DNA from: an uncultured Colwellia sp.
Lineage (GTDB): Bacteria; Pseudomonadota; Gammaproteobacteria; Enterobacterales; Alteromonadaceae
Direction of reading: 5' to 3'
NCBI GenBank assembly: GCA_913061475.1
Contig: CAJXUN010000025.1
Location: forward strand, 1,427 to 65,426
Length of the DNA stretch: 64,000 nucleotides
Positions 10,216-19,968 of the stretch are shown here, piece after piece. The translations under genes were made by a program, and so were the position numbers. Position 1 is the stretch's first letter. Every line of letters starts with the position of its first letter. The notes under the pieces are model-generated. The model saw only the letters and a program-made list of their open reading frames with translations, was not told the DNA's origin and did not search any database.

Positions 10216-11148
10216 ATGGCGATTAACTGGTTCCCAGGGCATATGCACAAAGCCCAAAGAGAGATTAAAGAAATTTTACCGCAAATTGATGTGGTGATTG
10301 AAGTTTGCGACGCCCGTTTACCTTTTAGTAGCGAAAACCCTATGATCACTGAAATTCGTGGTGATAAACCATTAATTAAGATTTTAAATAAATCTGATTT
10401 AGCCGATCCGAAAGTTACAGAGCAATGGCTTAATTACTTAGAATCTCAGCACAACGTAAAGGCGATCGCATTGACCACAGAATCGCCATCTGTTGCTAAG
10501 ACTCTTCCTAATTTAATTCGAAAATTAGCCGCCAGTAAAGATGAAGCCGGCAAACAAATAAATGCAGTGATCATGGGGATCCCTAATGTTGGAAAATCAA
10601 CATTATTAAATACCTTGGTCGGTAAAGCTAAAGCAAAAGTGGGTAATGAACCTGCGGTAACTAAAGGCCAACAAAGGATTCGTTTGGATGATGGCTTATA
10701 TTTATATGATACCCCTGGTATGCTATGGCCTAAAATCGTTAATGAAAACAGTGGTTACCGTTTAGCAATCACCAGTGCCGTTAAAGATACCGCTTTTGAT
10801 CATGAAGAAATAGCCTGTTTTGCAGCAGAGTATTTGCTATCAGCTTACCCTGAACGTTTAAAAGAGCGTTATAAAATTGATGAATTACCAGCACAAGAAG
10901 TGGAGTTGATTGAAGCTATTGGAAAACGTCGTGGTTGTGTTAAAAGCGGCGGTCACATCGATTTTCATAAGGCATCTGAAATATTAATTAATGAAATACG
11001 AGATAAAACTTTAGGTGCACTTTCTTTTGAAACACCAGAAATGGTGATTGCAGAAGTTATTCACTTTGATAAAGTTGAAGCGGATAAAGTTGCCGCAAGA
11101 GAAGCGAAGAAAGTTGCTCGTGGCAGAGGCCGTCGTAATAAACGCTAG
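10216..11148 (+). CDS. rbgA: Ribosome biogenesis GTPase YlqF/RbgA (circularly permuted GTPase)
   Basis: The N-terminus reads MAINWFPGHMHKAQREI. The NKSDL motif precedes GIPNVGKSTLLN and DTPG, which is the permuted order. Confidence 0.9.
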   Translation: MAINWFPGHMHKAQREIKEILPQIDVVIEVCDARLPFSSENPMITEIRGDKPLIKILNKSDLADPKVTEQWLNYLESQHNVKAIALTTESPSVAKTLPNLIRKLAASKDEAGKQINAVIMGIPNVGKSTLLNTLVGKAKAKVGNEPAVTKGQQRIRLDDGLYLYDTPGMLWPKIVNENSGYRLAITSAVKDTAFDHEEIACFAAEYLLSAYPERLKERYKIDELPAQEVELIEAIGKRRGCVKSGGHIDFHKASEILINEIRDKTLGALSFETPEMVIAEVIHFDKVEADKVAAREAKKVARGRGRRNKR

Positions 11149-11229
11149 CATCATGATAATGACGGGTTACTAGAATATAGCTGAACTATGTAGCTGAAAA
11201 GGTAGCTAAAAAAAAGTGAGGTAAATTAA

Positions 11230-11661
11230 ATGAGTGAAAATTTCCAATTACATCCACAACTCGCGAATGACTGTTTTGTTATTGCTGACTTGCCACTTTC
11301 TCAATTACTACTGTGTAATGATAGTGCGTACCCGTGGTTTATATTAGTGCCAAAAGTCGATGGTATTCAAGATGTTTATCAACTTGATTGGCAGCAGCAG
11401 CAACAGCTTTTAAATGAATCAAGCATGCTAAGTGAAATACTTATGCAAGAGTTTAACGGCGATAAAATGAATGTGGCAGCACTAGGTAATGTCGTGCCAC
11501 AGTTGCATATGCACCATATTGTACGTTTTAAGAATGATGCCTGTTGGCCAAAGCCTGTTTGGGGACAGCAATCGCCAACACCTTATAGCGATGAATCGTT
11601 AGAGGGAATTAAGCAGCGTATACTACCTAAGCTATTGACAATATTATCAACTAATAATTAG
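11230..11661 (+). CDS. HIT-family nucleotide hydrolase/transferase
   Basis: The 143-aa protein carries the histidine triad LHMHHIV. Confidence 0.8.
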   Translation: MSENFQLHPQLANDCFVIADLPLSQLLLCNDSAYPWFILVPKVDGIQDVYQLDWQQQQQLLNESSMLSEILMQEFNGDKMNVAALGNVVPQLHMHHIVRFKNDACWPKPVWGQQSPTPYSDESLEGIKQRILPKLLTILSTNN

Positions 11662-11732
11662 TCACAATGTAATCACAACAAGTAGCATAGTTAGCGTTGC
11701 TTACGTTAAGCAACGCTTTTACGATTAACTGA

Positions 11733-12917
11733 TTATTTTATCATCGCCAATGATTGATTCAAATCTTCGATCATATCATCGACGTTTTCAAGTCCAACCG
11801 ATATTCTAATTAAACTATCACTGATACCTGCAGCAACACGCTCTTCTTGGGTATATGGAGAATGTGTCATTGAAGCAGGATGCTGAATAAGCGATTCAGC
11901 ATCACCTAAGCTAACCGCAATCGAGAATAATTCCATACGGTTAATAAAGTCACTACCACCCGCTAAATCACTGTCAATTTCAAAGGCAATAACACCGCCC
12001 GCAGCCTTCATTTGTGAACCAATAAATTTATGCCCTGGGTGGCTTTTTAAACCGGGATAGTAAACTTGAGCTACTTTTTCGTGATTTTCTAAAAACTCGG
12101 CGATTATTTGCGCATTGTTACAATGGCGCTCCATACGTATCGGTAATGTTTTCAAACCTCGCATGATCAGCCAGGCATCATGTGGACTCATCGTCGCACC
12201 GATATCTTTTAAAACTGTCATTTTAATGTTCATGATCATTTCACTGCTACCACAAATAATGCCAGCAACCACGTCACCGTGACCATTTAAATATTTTGTT
12301 GCGCTATGCACGACTATGTCAATACCATATTTTTTAGGTTGCTGTAGTACCGGCGTTAAAAATGTATTGTCGACAACAGAAATAATCTTGTGTTGCTGAG
12401 CAATTCTGCCTATAGCAGCCAAGTCATATACCGCTAAATTTGGATTGACCGGCGTTTCTAAAAATATCACTTTAGTATTGGGTTTTATCGCAGCTTCAAC
12501 TTCTGCCGGGTTAGCCATGTCAACAAAGCTAACTTCGATGCCCCAACGCGTTAATTGATGATTCATCAACGCAAATGAACAGCCATAAACAGCTTTTGAA
12601 GAAATTAAATGATCACCGCACGATAAGTTTGCTAATAATGCACCAGAGACCGCCCCCATACCTGTTGCGGTTGCTGCAGCGTCTTCCATTTCTTCCATTG
12701 CCGCAACCCGCATTTCTAATTGTCGAGTGGTCGGGTTGCCTAAGCGGCTATAAATATAGCCTTCTGCTTCGCCTGCAAATCTATCTGCACCTTGTTGTGC
12801 GTTTTCAAAGATAAAGGTAGAGGTTTGATAAAGTGGTGTGGCTAATGAACCAAATTGCTCGTCATTAATTCGGCCAGCATGAATAGCTTGAGTTTCAATA
12901 TGCTTACTTGTCGACAT
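11733..12917 (-). CDS. mdeA: Methionine gamma-lyase (PLP-dependent, Cys/Met metabolism family)
   Basis: It is collinear with Pseudomonas MGL as I remember it (YSRLGNPT, YGCSFA, SATKYLNGHGD, VSLGDAESLIQHPASMTHS). I chose the start at the second ATG because GAGG lies 6 nt upstream; the ORF track starts at 12929. Confidence 0.85.
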   Translation of the reverse strand: MSTSKHIETQAIHAGRINDEQFGSLATPLYQTSTFIFENAQQGADRFAGEAEGYIYSRLGNPTTRQLEMRVAAMEEMEDAAATATGMGAVSGALLANLSCGDHLISSKAVYGCSFALMNHQLTRWGIEVSFVDMANPAEVEAAIKPNTKVIFLETPVNPNLAVYDLAAIGRIAQQHKIISVVDNTFLTPVLQQPKKYGIDIVVHSATKYLNGHGDVVAGIICGSSEMIMNIKMTVLKDIGATMSPHDAWLIMRGLKTLPIRMERHCNNAQIIAEFLENHEKVAQVYYPGLKSHPGHKFIGSQMKAAGGVIAFEIDSDLAGGSDFINRMELFSIAVSLGDAESLIQHPASMTHSPYTQEERVAAGISDSLIRISVGLENVDDMIEDLNQSLAMIK

Positions 12918-12984
12918 GGAATACCTCATTGAGAAAATTATTATTGTTGTTAGCTGTGGGTCAATATTTATTAACTAGGTATAA

Positions 12985-13000
12985 TGCAAATATACTGCCA
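12985..13000 (-). promoter_or_regulatory. Candidate sigma-54 (-24/-12) promoter for mdeA
   Basis: The minus strand reads TGGCAG-TATAT-TTGCA, against the consensus TGGCAC-N5-TTGCW, with correct GG-N10-GC spacing. It lies about 55-70 nt upstream of the mdeA start. Confidence 0.6.
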
Positions 13001-13061
13001 ATAATAAAATGCATTATTTATCAAGTGGTTATGTTTTGTTTTCTTATGAGGAATTGCCTTT

Positions 13062-13079
13062 TGTAATTTTTTTATTACA
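13062..13079. promoter_or_regulatory. TyrR-box-like palindrome (candidate UAS for mdeA)
   Basis: TGTAAT-TTTTTT-ATTACA is a perfect 6-N6-6 palindrome, against the TyrR box TGTAAA-N6-TTTACA. It lies about 60-80 bp upstream of the candidate -24 element. Confidence 0.6.
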
Positions 13080-13164
13080 AAAGAGGGTTAATAAAAACTA
13101 GGGATTATAAAAATATTAAATAGATTGGCCGATTTAAAAGCGCTTGCAGTCTGTTTATACTGGT

Positions 13165-13201
13165 TGTAATGTAATTATTACGGTGTAATTTTTTTATTAC
13201 A
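13165..13201. promoter_or_regulatory. Two adjacent TyrR-box-like sites upstream of the regulator gene
   Basis: The site at 13184-13201 (TGTAAT-TTTTTT-ATTACA) is identical to the box at 13062. A weaker site, TGTAAT-GTAATT-ATTACG, lies at 13165-13182. Both are 32-68 bp upstream of the regulator start. Confidence 0.55.
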
Positions 13202-13232
13202 AGTGTCGGTGTAGCATAATTCAGGTCATAGT

Positions 13233-14798
13233 ATGCGTATAGAAATAAAGTCGGAAGATAGAATGGGAATTAGCCAAGAAATACTGGCTACATTCAGCCG
13301 TTTAACGTTAAACATGCAAGCGATGGAAGTAAGTTCTCAGTTTATCTTTGTTCACTTAGCTCCAAGTACTATTAGCTTCAGCAAGGTAAAAATAGCCCTG
13401 ATGGCCGTTTCAGGTGTTAATCATTGCAGTGAAGTTGATTTATTGCCTTCTGAAAGTCGTGAGAGACACCTAAGGGCCTTAGTTAACCGTTTACCGGATG
13501 CAATTATCGATATTGATGTTAATGCGCGCGTGATGGCACTAAATAGAGCGAGTGAAAAATTGTTGGTGAATCACCAGTGCCACATCGGGACATCACCACT
13601 AGTGGGTGAAGACCTTAAAGGAACTTTAATCAGCGATATACTCGATATCGAAATAGTCTTACCTTTGTTAGATAAAATCAGTTCGCAAAATGTCGATATC
13701 GCGGGTCAGAGCTATATCGCAGAAATTAGCCCGATTAGTGAACAAGAAAATAGCTCCGGGGCTGTTATTTCATTAAAGTCAATCAGCAGTTTAGGTCGAC
13801 AAATTTCGATATTACAAACACGTGACGAACAAGGCATTGATAATATTATTGGCCAATCGGCAAGTATTCAATTACTTAAAGAACAAACCGCGCGCTTTGC
13901 TGAGTTAGAGCTCCCAGTATTAATTAATGGTGAAACCGGTACCGGTAAAGAGCTTGTTGCCCGCGCTTTACATAATGCAAGTTATCGACAACAAGCACCA
14001 TTTTTAGCGGTAAATTGTGCTACGTTGCCTGAACACTTACTTGAAAGTGAATTATTCGGCTATGCAAGTGGCGCTTTTACCGGCGCTCAGAAAGGTGGTA
14101 AACCTGGGTTACTTGAATTAGCTGAAGGGGGAACGTTGTTTTTGGACGAAGTTGCGGAAATGTCGCCGTACTTGCAAGCAAAGTTACTCAGGTTTCTTCA
14201 GGATTTTAAATTTCGTCGACTTGGTGGTACCAAAGAGTTACATGCAAATGTAAGAGTGGTGAGTGCCACGCATCAAGATCTATTAGCGATGATCAGTCAG
14301 AAAAAATTTAGAGAAGATTTATTTTATCGACTCAATGTGCTTAATTTACACTCGCCGCCATTACGAGAACGCGTAGAAGATATTGCCTTAATCGCGCGTC
14401 ATTTCGTTGCATTAGCGGCCACACAAATGAATGTGAAACAGCCTTTAGTAGATGCAAGTGCTATGCAACAACTAGCTTCTTATCGGTGGCCAGGAAATAT
14501 TAGAGAATTACAAAACGTGTTATTTAGAGCGGTGGCATTAAACGAATACGGTGATATTTTTGCAGCAGATATCTCAGGAGCTTTAGCTCAGTTCAAGCAG
14601 CAAGACGTGGTTAATATAAATGCAGTTAGCGTAGCAAATGACGTTAGTGATTGGGCGAGTGCGCAAGCGATATTTGAGCAAAAACTGATTAGCAGTTTAT
14701 ATCCGCATTATCCAACAACACGTAAATTGGCAGAGCGACTAAAAGTATCTCATAACAAAATTGCCATGAAGTTAAGACAATTTGGCATTAAAAGTTAA
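13233..14798 (+). CDS. TyrR/PhhR-family sigma-54-dependent transcriptional activator (ACT-PAS-AAA+-HTH)
   Basis: The N-terminal ACT-like region reads [18 protein letters not shown]. The AAA+ core has Walker A GETGTGKE and an intact GAFTGA loop ([10 protein letters not shown]). A C-terminal HTH follows. Confidence 0.85.
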   Translation: MRIEIKSEDRMGISQEILATFSRLTLNMQAMEVSSQFIFVHLAPSTISFSKVKIALMAVSGVNHCSEVDLLPSESRERHLRALVNRLPDAIIDIDVNARVMALNRASEKLLVNHQCHIGTSPLVGEDLKGTLISDILDIEIVLPLLDKISSQNVDIAGQSYIAEISPISEQENSSGAVISLKSISSLGRQISILQTRDEQGIDNIIGQSASIQLLKEQTARFAELELPVLINGETGTGKELVARALHNASYRQQAPFLAVNCATLPEHLLESELFGYASGAFTGAQKGGKPGLLELAEGGTLFLDEVAEMSPYLQAKLLRFLQDFKFRRLGGTKELHANVRVVSATHQDLLAMISQKKFREDLFYRLNVLNLHSPPLRERVEDIALIARHFVALAATQMNVKQPLVDASAMQQLASYRWPGNIRELQNVLFRAVALNEYGDIFAADISGALAQFKQQDVVNINAVSVANDVSDWASAQAIFEQKLISSLYPHYPTTRKLAERLKVSHNKIAMKLRQFGIKS

Positions 14799-14826
14799 TG
14801 CCAAATTTAATGTTTAGCGTGTTGGT

Positions 14827-15627
14827 TTAATCTTCTAATATTTTATAAAGAATTTTTTTAACGTTTTCTGGCTCAAAGGGTTTATCGCACATAGCGGTAA
14901 CGCCTTCAGTGAGTATATTGGCTAAGTGAGTGTCATTGCTTTCACTGGTTACCATCAGTATGGGAAGATGTGATTGTTCGCTCTCGCTTCGAATATAACG
15001 AGTCAACTCTTTCCCATTAATTTCAGGCATATTGTAGTCAGTCACAACAAGGTCAAACATATTATCTTTTAATAATGCGATGGCTTCACTGCCATCAACA
15101 GCTTCGGTTATTTTCAATAAACCTAAGTTATTTAATACCCGTTTAATATGATTTCTGGCAAGGCGACTGTCATCAACCAATAATACTCGAACTTCATGGA
15201 CGTCAAAATATTCAAGCTCTAATTCATCGGTGGATAATAGGTCTATAGTGGTATCAATCGCTGTCGCTAAATGAGTTGATGTAAAAGGTTTTGGCAATAG
15301 GGCAATGACACCCGATTGTTTAAATTCTTCAAGATTTTCACGACGATGTTCACTTGACACTAACATGAACGGCGTATCAGCAATCGCGGGATTATTTCTG
15401 ATTTTATGCAATAACTCTATCGCACTACCGTCTTCGAAATGCATGGCACTGGTAATTAAATCACGCGGGTGCTTTTCCGCGCTTGTGTAAGCTTCTGCTA
15501 TGGTTTTAGCTTCAGCCACTTGGGTAATACCTTGCTGCTTCAACTCTTTTATTATGATTTTTCTTTGTAAATCAGATGGTTCTACAACAAGTAACGATAA
15601 TTCATTTGGATTCATAAGTTCACTCAA
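14827..15627 (-). CDS. Stand-alone tandem-receiver response regulator (degenerate REC plus canonical REC, no output domain)
   Basis: The second domain is canonical (LLVDDS, LVVTDYNMP, MVTS, DKPF). The first domain has ITSAMHF where the phospho-acceptor Asp should be. Confidence 0.85.
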   Translation of the reverse strand: MSELMNPNELSLLVVEPSDLQRKIIIKELKQQGITQVAEAKTIAEAYTSAEKHPRDLITSAMHFEDGSAIELLHKIRNNPAIADTPFMLVSSEHRRENLEEFKQSGVIALLPKPFTSTHLATAIDTTIDLLSTDELELEYFDVHEVRVLLVDDSRLARNHIKRVLNNLGLLKITEAVDGSEAIALLKDNMFDLVVTDYNMPEINGKELTRYIRSESEQSHLPILMVTSESNDTHLANILTEGVTAMCDKPFEPENVKKILYKILED

Positions 15628-15651
15628 TAATTGCTATAACGAATTGGGTGT

Positions 15652-16053
15652 TTAGCCACCAACAAATTTAACTTTAAATCCGCTTTTTTCAAGTACAGAT
15701 TTTATTTCTTCGCGTTTGTCACCTTGAACTTCTATAACTTCGCCGACCACGCTGCCACCAGTACCACAGGTTTTTTTAAGTTTTTTGGCGAGTTCTTTTA
15801 ACGCTTTATCATCTAACCCTAGACCGGTAATTGTGACGACACCTTTACCTTTTCTTCCTTTAGTTTCTCGGCGTACTTTAGCATAGCCGTCAGAAGGGGT
15901 TACTGCTGTGATGTTTTTGGGTTGTGTTATTTTTCCTTCGGCCGTTGAATATACCAAAGATTGATCGGCATTATTGTGCTTAGTTTTTGCTTCGTTGATA
16001 TTTTTACCGAAAGCACTTGCTAAGTCGCTAAGGTTAGAAAATGTTTTTGTCAT
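15652..16053 (-). CDS. yciH: SUI1/YciH-family translation initiation factor-like protein
   Basis: The C-terminal SUI1 domain reads KGKGVVTITGL..LAKKLKKTCGTGGSV..IEVQGDKREEI. Confidence 0.85.
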   Translation of the reverse strand: MTKTFSNLSDLASAFGKNINEAKTKHNNADQSLVYSTAEGKITQPKNITAVTPSDGYAKVRRETKGRKGKGVVTITGLGLDDKALKELAKKLKKTCGTGGSVVGEVIEVQGDKREEIKSVLEKSGFKVKFVGG

Positions 16054-16134
16054 AATAATTACTAAAATTTAGATAAAATAAAACCACTGCTCGAGTGGTT
16101 TTATTATACATGGTTTTAGGATTAAAAAGTGAGC

Positions 16135-17061
16135 TTAAAGCTTACTTTCTAATTCTGGTAATGCGTCAAATAAATCTGCAACTAAACCGTAGTCAGCGAC
16201 TTGGAAAATTGGCGCTTCTGGATCTTTGTTAATGGCGACAATAACTTTAGAGTCTTTCATGCCCGCTAAATGTTGGATAGCACCTGAAATACCTACCGCA
16301 ATATACAAGTCAGGAGCAACAATTTTACCCGTTTGTCCTACTTGCATGTCGTTCGGTACAAAGCCAGCATCAACAGCAGCACGAGAAGCACCAATAGCAG
16401 CACCTAATTTATCTGCAATACCTTCAAGTAATTTGAAGTTATCGCCATTTTGCATACCACGACCACCTGAAATAACGACGCTTGCAGCACCTAAGTCAGG
16501 TCGTTCTGAAACAGAAAGTTCATCGTTTACATGGCTAGATGTACCAGCATCAGTAACCTTATCCAATGCAATAATTTCAGCATTACCATCAGTTGCTACG
16601 GCGTCAAAACCTGTAGGGCGAACGGTAATTACTTTTTTGCTATCTAAACTTTGTACCGTTGCAATTGCATTACCAGCGTAGATCGGGCGAACAAAGGTAT
16701 CGCTACTTTCGACCGCAATAATGTCAGATATTTGTGCAACATCTAATAAGGCAGCAACGCGTGGCATGAAGTTTTTACCCGTTGTTAATGCTGTAGCAAG
16801 AATGTGGCTATAGTCAGCAGCAAGTTCCGTGACCAATAATGAAACGTTTTCTGCTAGTTGGTGTTCGTACGCTGCGTTATCAGCCACGAGTACTTTTGCA
16901 ACACCATTAACTTTACTTGCAGCATCAACAACTGCTTGGCAGTTATGACCGGCAACTAACAGGTGAATATCACTACCAATTGCTTGCGCTGCAGCAACTG
17001 TTTTAAGTGTATCGGCTTTTAATTCGCTATTATCATGTTCGGCAAATACTAAAATGCTCAT
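16135..17061 (-). CDS. etfA: Electron transfer flavoprotein alpha subunit
   Basis: It carries the FAD-binding C-terminus ([26 protein letters not shown]). Its ATGA overlaps the etfB stop. Confidence 0.95.
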   Translation of the reverse strand: MSILVFAEHDNSELKADTLKTVAAAQAIGSDIHLLVAGHNCQAVVDAASKVNGVAKVLVADNAAYEHQLAENVSLLVTELAADYSHILATALTTGKNFMPRVAALLDVAQISDIIAVESSDTFVRPIYAGNAIATVQSLDSKKVITVRPTGFDAVATDGNAEIIALDKVTDAGTSSHVNDELSVSERPDLGAASVVISGGRGMQNGDNFKLLEGIADKLGAAIGASRAAVDAGFVPNDMQVGQTGKIVAPDLYIAVGISGAIQHLAGMKDSKVIVAINKDPEAPIFQVADYGLVADLFDALPELESKL

Positions 17062-17810
17062 GAGATCACCTTCGCTTCATTTTTTAATTTTTCTACTAAT
17101 TCATCAATACTTTCAACGATAATACCGGCTTTACGTTCAGCAGGAGGCGTTACTTTAATTAATTTAGTGCGTGCTGTTAAATCAAGTCCAAAGTCAGCCG
17201 CTGCTTTAACATCTAATGGTTTACGTTTTGCTTTCATAATATTTGGTAATGATGCGTAACGAGGTTCATTCAAACGTAAGTCTGTAGTGACAATAGCGGG
17301 TAAGTTTAGAGCAATGGTTTGTAAACCGCTGTCAACTTCACGAGTCACGTTAACTTTATCGCCATCTACCTTAACGGCAGAAGCAAATGTACCTTGCGCC
17401 ATGCCGGTAAGTGCCGCTAGCATTTGACCCGTTTGGTTGTTATCGCTATCAATTGATTGCTTTCCAAGAATAACCAGTTGTGGTTGCTCTTCTTCAACAA
17501 TTTTTTGTAATAATTTAGCTACGTTAAGTGAGTCTAAGTTTTGATCGGTATCAATTTGAATGGCACGATCAGCACCTAAAGCAAGTGCTGTGCGTAACTG
17601 TTCTTGACACGATTTGTCACCGATAGATACGGCAATAACTTCAGTTGCTGTGCCCGCTTCTTTTAAACGCACCGCTTCTTCAACGGCGATTTCACAAAAC
17701 GGGTTAATTGCCATTTTTACATTAGCAAGATCGACATTGGAATTGTCTGCTTTAACACGTACTTTTACGTTATAGTCAATAACGCGTTTGATGGGTACTA
17801 ATACTTTCAT
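17058..17810 (-). CDS. etfB: Electron transfer flavoprotein beta subunit
   Basis: It starts [19 protein letters not shown] and contains [21 protein letters not shown]. Confidence 0.95.
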   Translation of the reverse strand: MKVLVPIKRVIDYNVKVRVKADNSNVDLANVKMAINPFCEIAVEEAVRLKEAGTATEVIAVSIGDKSCQEQLRTALALGADRAIQIDTDQNLDSLNVAKLLQKIVEEEQPQLVILGKQSIDSDNNQTGQMLAALTGMAQGTFASAVKVDGDKVNVTREVDSGLQTIALNLPAIVTTDLRLNEPRYASLPNIMKAKRKPLDVKAAADFGLDLTARTKLIKVTPPAERKAGIIVESIDELVEKLKNEAKVIS

Positions 17811-18031
17811 CGTTGCCTCTGATTGTGCTTGGTGTATGTAATGTTGGTTAAACTAAATTTAATTCAGCATAACGCTATAATAATGGTTTGAAAGACTACT
17901 TGCAGATAACGTTTACGTCAACGTCTTCTGTCGATATCGTCGCTCAAATTGCGCTTAAACAAATATTATCGGTAAATAATGCAATACAGGATAGTATTTA
18001 ACACGAAAATATCTATAATGTTTGATGTTAT

Positions 18032-18064
18032 CAAACAGGTGTTTGAAAATCAAACGAGTGTTTG
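18032..18064. promoter_or_regulatory. Two PsrA-type operator palindromes in the etfBA / ETF-QO divergent region
   Basis: CAAAC-AGGT-GTTTG lies at 18032-18045 and CAAAC-GAGT-GTTTG at 18051-18064. Both fit the published PsrA motif G/CAAAC-N2-4-GTTTG/C. They sit just downstream of a TATAAT at 18014-18019. Confidence 0.5.
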
Positions 18065-18099
18065 AATTTTTCATAAAATATTGAATGATGGGAGATGTT

Positions 18100-19749
18100 A
18101 TGGAACGCGAATCAATGGAATTTGACGTTGTAATTGTTGGAGCCGGTCCTGCAGGCCTGTCAACTGCTTGTCAATTAATGAAGTTGGCACAAGAAAAAGA
18201 ACAAGAACTTATGGTCTGTGTCGTAGAGAAGGGCTCTGAAGTGGGGGCCCATATTCTTTCTGGTGCGGTATTTGAACCGCGAGCATTAAATGAATTATTT
18301 CCTGATTGGAAAGAAAAAGGCGCACCGTTAAACACCGAAGTTACCGGTGATGACATTTATTTATTTAATGGCGAAGATAGCGCGGTTAAATTACCTGGTT
18401 TTAGCGTACCTAAAACTATGCACAATGAAGGCAACTACATTGTTAGCATGGGCAATGTTTGTCGTTGGTTGGCTGAACAAGCTGAACAGCTAGGGGTTGA
18501 AATATTTCCAGGATTCCCTGCGCAAGACATTATTTATAATGAAGATGGTAGTGTTGGCGGTATAATTACTGGCGATATGGGGTTAGACGCTGAAGGTAAG
18601 CCAAAAGACTCATTTATGCCGGGTATGGAGCTAAAAGCTAAATATACGGTTTTCGCTGAAGGTTGTCGTGGTCATTTGGGTAAAGAGCTTATTGCTAAGT
18701 TTGCGTTAGATGCTGATAAATCACCTCAACATTATGGTTTAGGCTTTAAAGAAATTTGGGATATTGCGCCAGAAAAACATCAGGAAGGCTTAGTAGTACA
18801 TTCTGCTGGCTGGCCTTTAGATAAAGACACCGGCGGTGGTGGTTACTTATATCATGCGGAAAATAATCAGGTATTTGTTGGTTTAATCGTCGATTTAAAT
18901 TATAGCAATCCGCACTTGAGCCCATTTGATGAATTTCAACGATATAAGCATCATCCAAAAATTGCTCAGTACCTTGAAGGTGGTAAACGTGTATCTTATG
19001 GCGCAAGAGCAATGGCAAAAGGTGGTTTTAATTCTTTACCTAAAATGACCATGCCGGGTGCGGTATTAGTTGGTTGTGATGCTGGTACCATTAATTATGC
19101 AAAAATTAAAGGTAATCACACGGCAATGAAGTCAGGCATGCTAGCAGCTGAATCAATATTTGAAGCGTTAGCTGCAGGCGACGAAGGTGCTAAAGACCTG
19201 ATCAGCTATACTGAAAAATATCAAGACTCGTGGTTATATGAAGAACTTTATAATACCCGTAATTTTGGCCCTGCTATGCATAAGTTTGGTACCTTTTTAG
19301 GTGGCGCTTATAATACCCTTGATCAAAACTTCTTTGGTGGCAAGTTACCGTTTAACTTTAAAGATGAAAGTCTAGATCATGAACAATTAAAGCTCGCTAA
19401 AGACGTGCCGGTGATTAATTATCCGAAACCTGATAATAAATTGAGTTTTGATAAACTGTCATCAGTATTTTTATCAAACACTAACCATGAAGAAGAGCAA
19501 CCATGCCACTTGAAGTTGGCTGATAGTAGTATTCCAATTAATGTTAATTTAGCTAAATATAATGAGCCAGCCCAGCGATACTGTCCGGCCGGTGTTTATG
19601 AAGTTGAAAGCACGGAAGAAGGTGATAAGTTCGTTATTAACTCGCAAAACTGTGTGCATTGTAAAACCTGTGACATTAAGGATCCTGCGCAAAATATCAC
19701 TTGGGTAACACCAGAAGGTACCGGCGGTCCTAATTATCCTAATATGTAA
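18100..19749 (+). CDS. Electron transfer flavoprotein-ubiquinone oxidoreductase (ETF-QO)
   Basis: It has the FAD motif VVIVGAGPAGLS and the C-terminal 4Fe-4S ferredoxin-like region CPAGVYE..NCVHCKTCDIKDP. I chose the start at the ATG with GGGAGA upstream; the ORF track starts at 18085. Confidence 0.93.
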   Translation: MERESMEFDVVIVGAGPAGLSTACQLMKLAQEKEQELMVCVVEKGSEVGAHILSGAVFEPRALNELFPDWKEKGAPLNTEVTGDDIYLFNGEDSAVKLPGFSVPKTMHNEGNYIVSMGNVCRWLAEQAEQLGVEIFPGFPAQDIIYNEDGSVGGIITGDMGLDAEGKPKDSFMPGMELKAKYTVFAEGCRGHLGKELIAKFALDADKSPQHYGLGFKEIWDIAPEKHQEGLVVHSAGWPLDKDTGGGGYLYHAENNQVFVGLIVDLNYSNPHLSPFDEFQRYKHHPKIAQYLEGGKRVSYGARAMAKGGFNSLPKMTMPGAVLVGCDAGTINYAKIKGNHTAMKSGMLAAESIFEALAAGDEGAKDLISYTEKYQDSWLYEELYNTRNFGPAMHKFGTFLGGAYNTLDQNFFGGKLPFNFKDESLDHEQLKLAKDVPVINYPKPDNKLSFDKLSSVFLSNTNHEEEQPCHLKLADSSIPINVNLAKYNEPAQRYCPAGVYEVESTEEGDKFVINSQNCVHCKTCDIKDPAQNITWVTPEGTGGPNYPNM

Positions 19750-19764
19750 TATTTATTAGATACA

Positions 19765-19792
19765 AAAGCCTGCGCTTGCAGGCTTTTTTTTT
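19765..19792 (+). terminator. Rho-independent terminator after ETF-QO
   Basis: AAAGCCTGC-GCTT-GCAGGCTTT is followed by a T-run. Confidence 0.85.
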
Positions 19793-19968
19793 GCTCTCGA
19801 AAAAATAGCGGTAATTATGCTCTAATATGACTAAGTTAGATATTTAAGTAATGTACGCTATTTTATATCGACGGCATATTCGTTAATTACGTCGATGAAA
19901 ATGAATTGCAATATTTGTCATATTTATACCCTAACCACTCTCAAGTGGCTTGGGTATAAAGGGGGAGT

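Noticed and set aside
16226-16681. A 151-aa ORF lies antisense to etfA. Similar shadow ORFs occur at 21260-21652, 33037-33363, 49543-50001, 52533-52829 and 58020-58340.
   Set aside because: All lie entirely inside strongly supported genes on the opposite strand. They lack SD sequences and have low-complexity, shadow-frame composition, so they are almost certainly non-coding.
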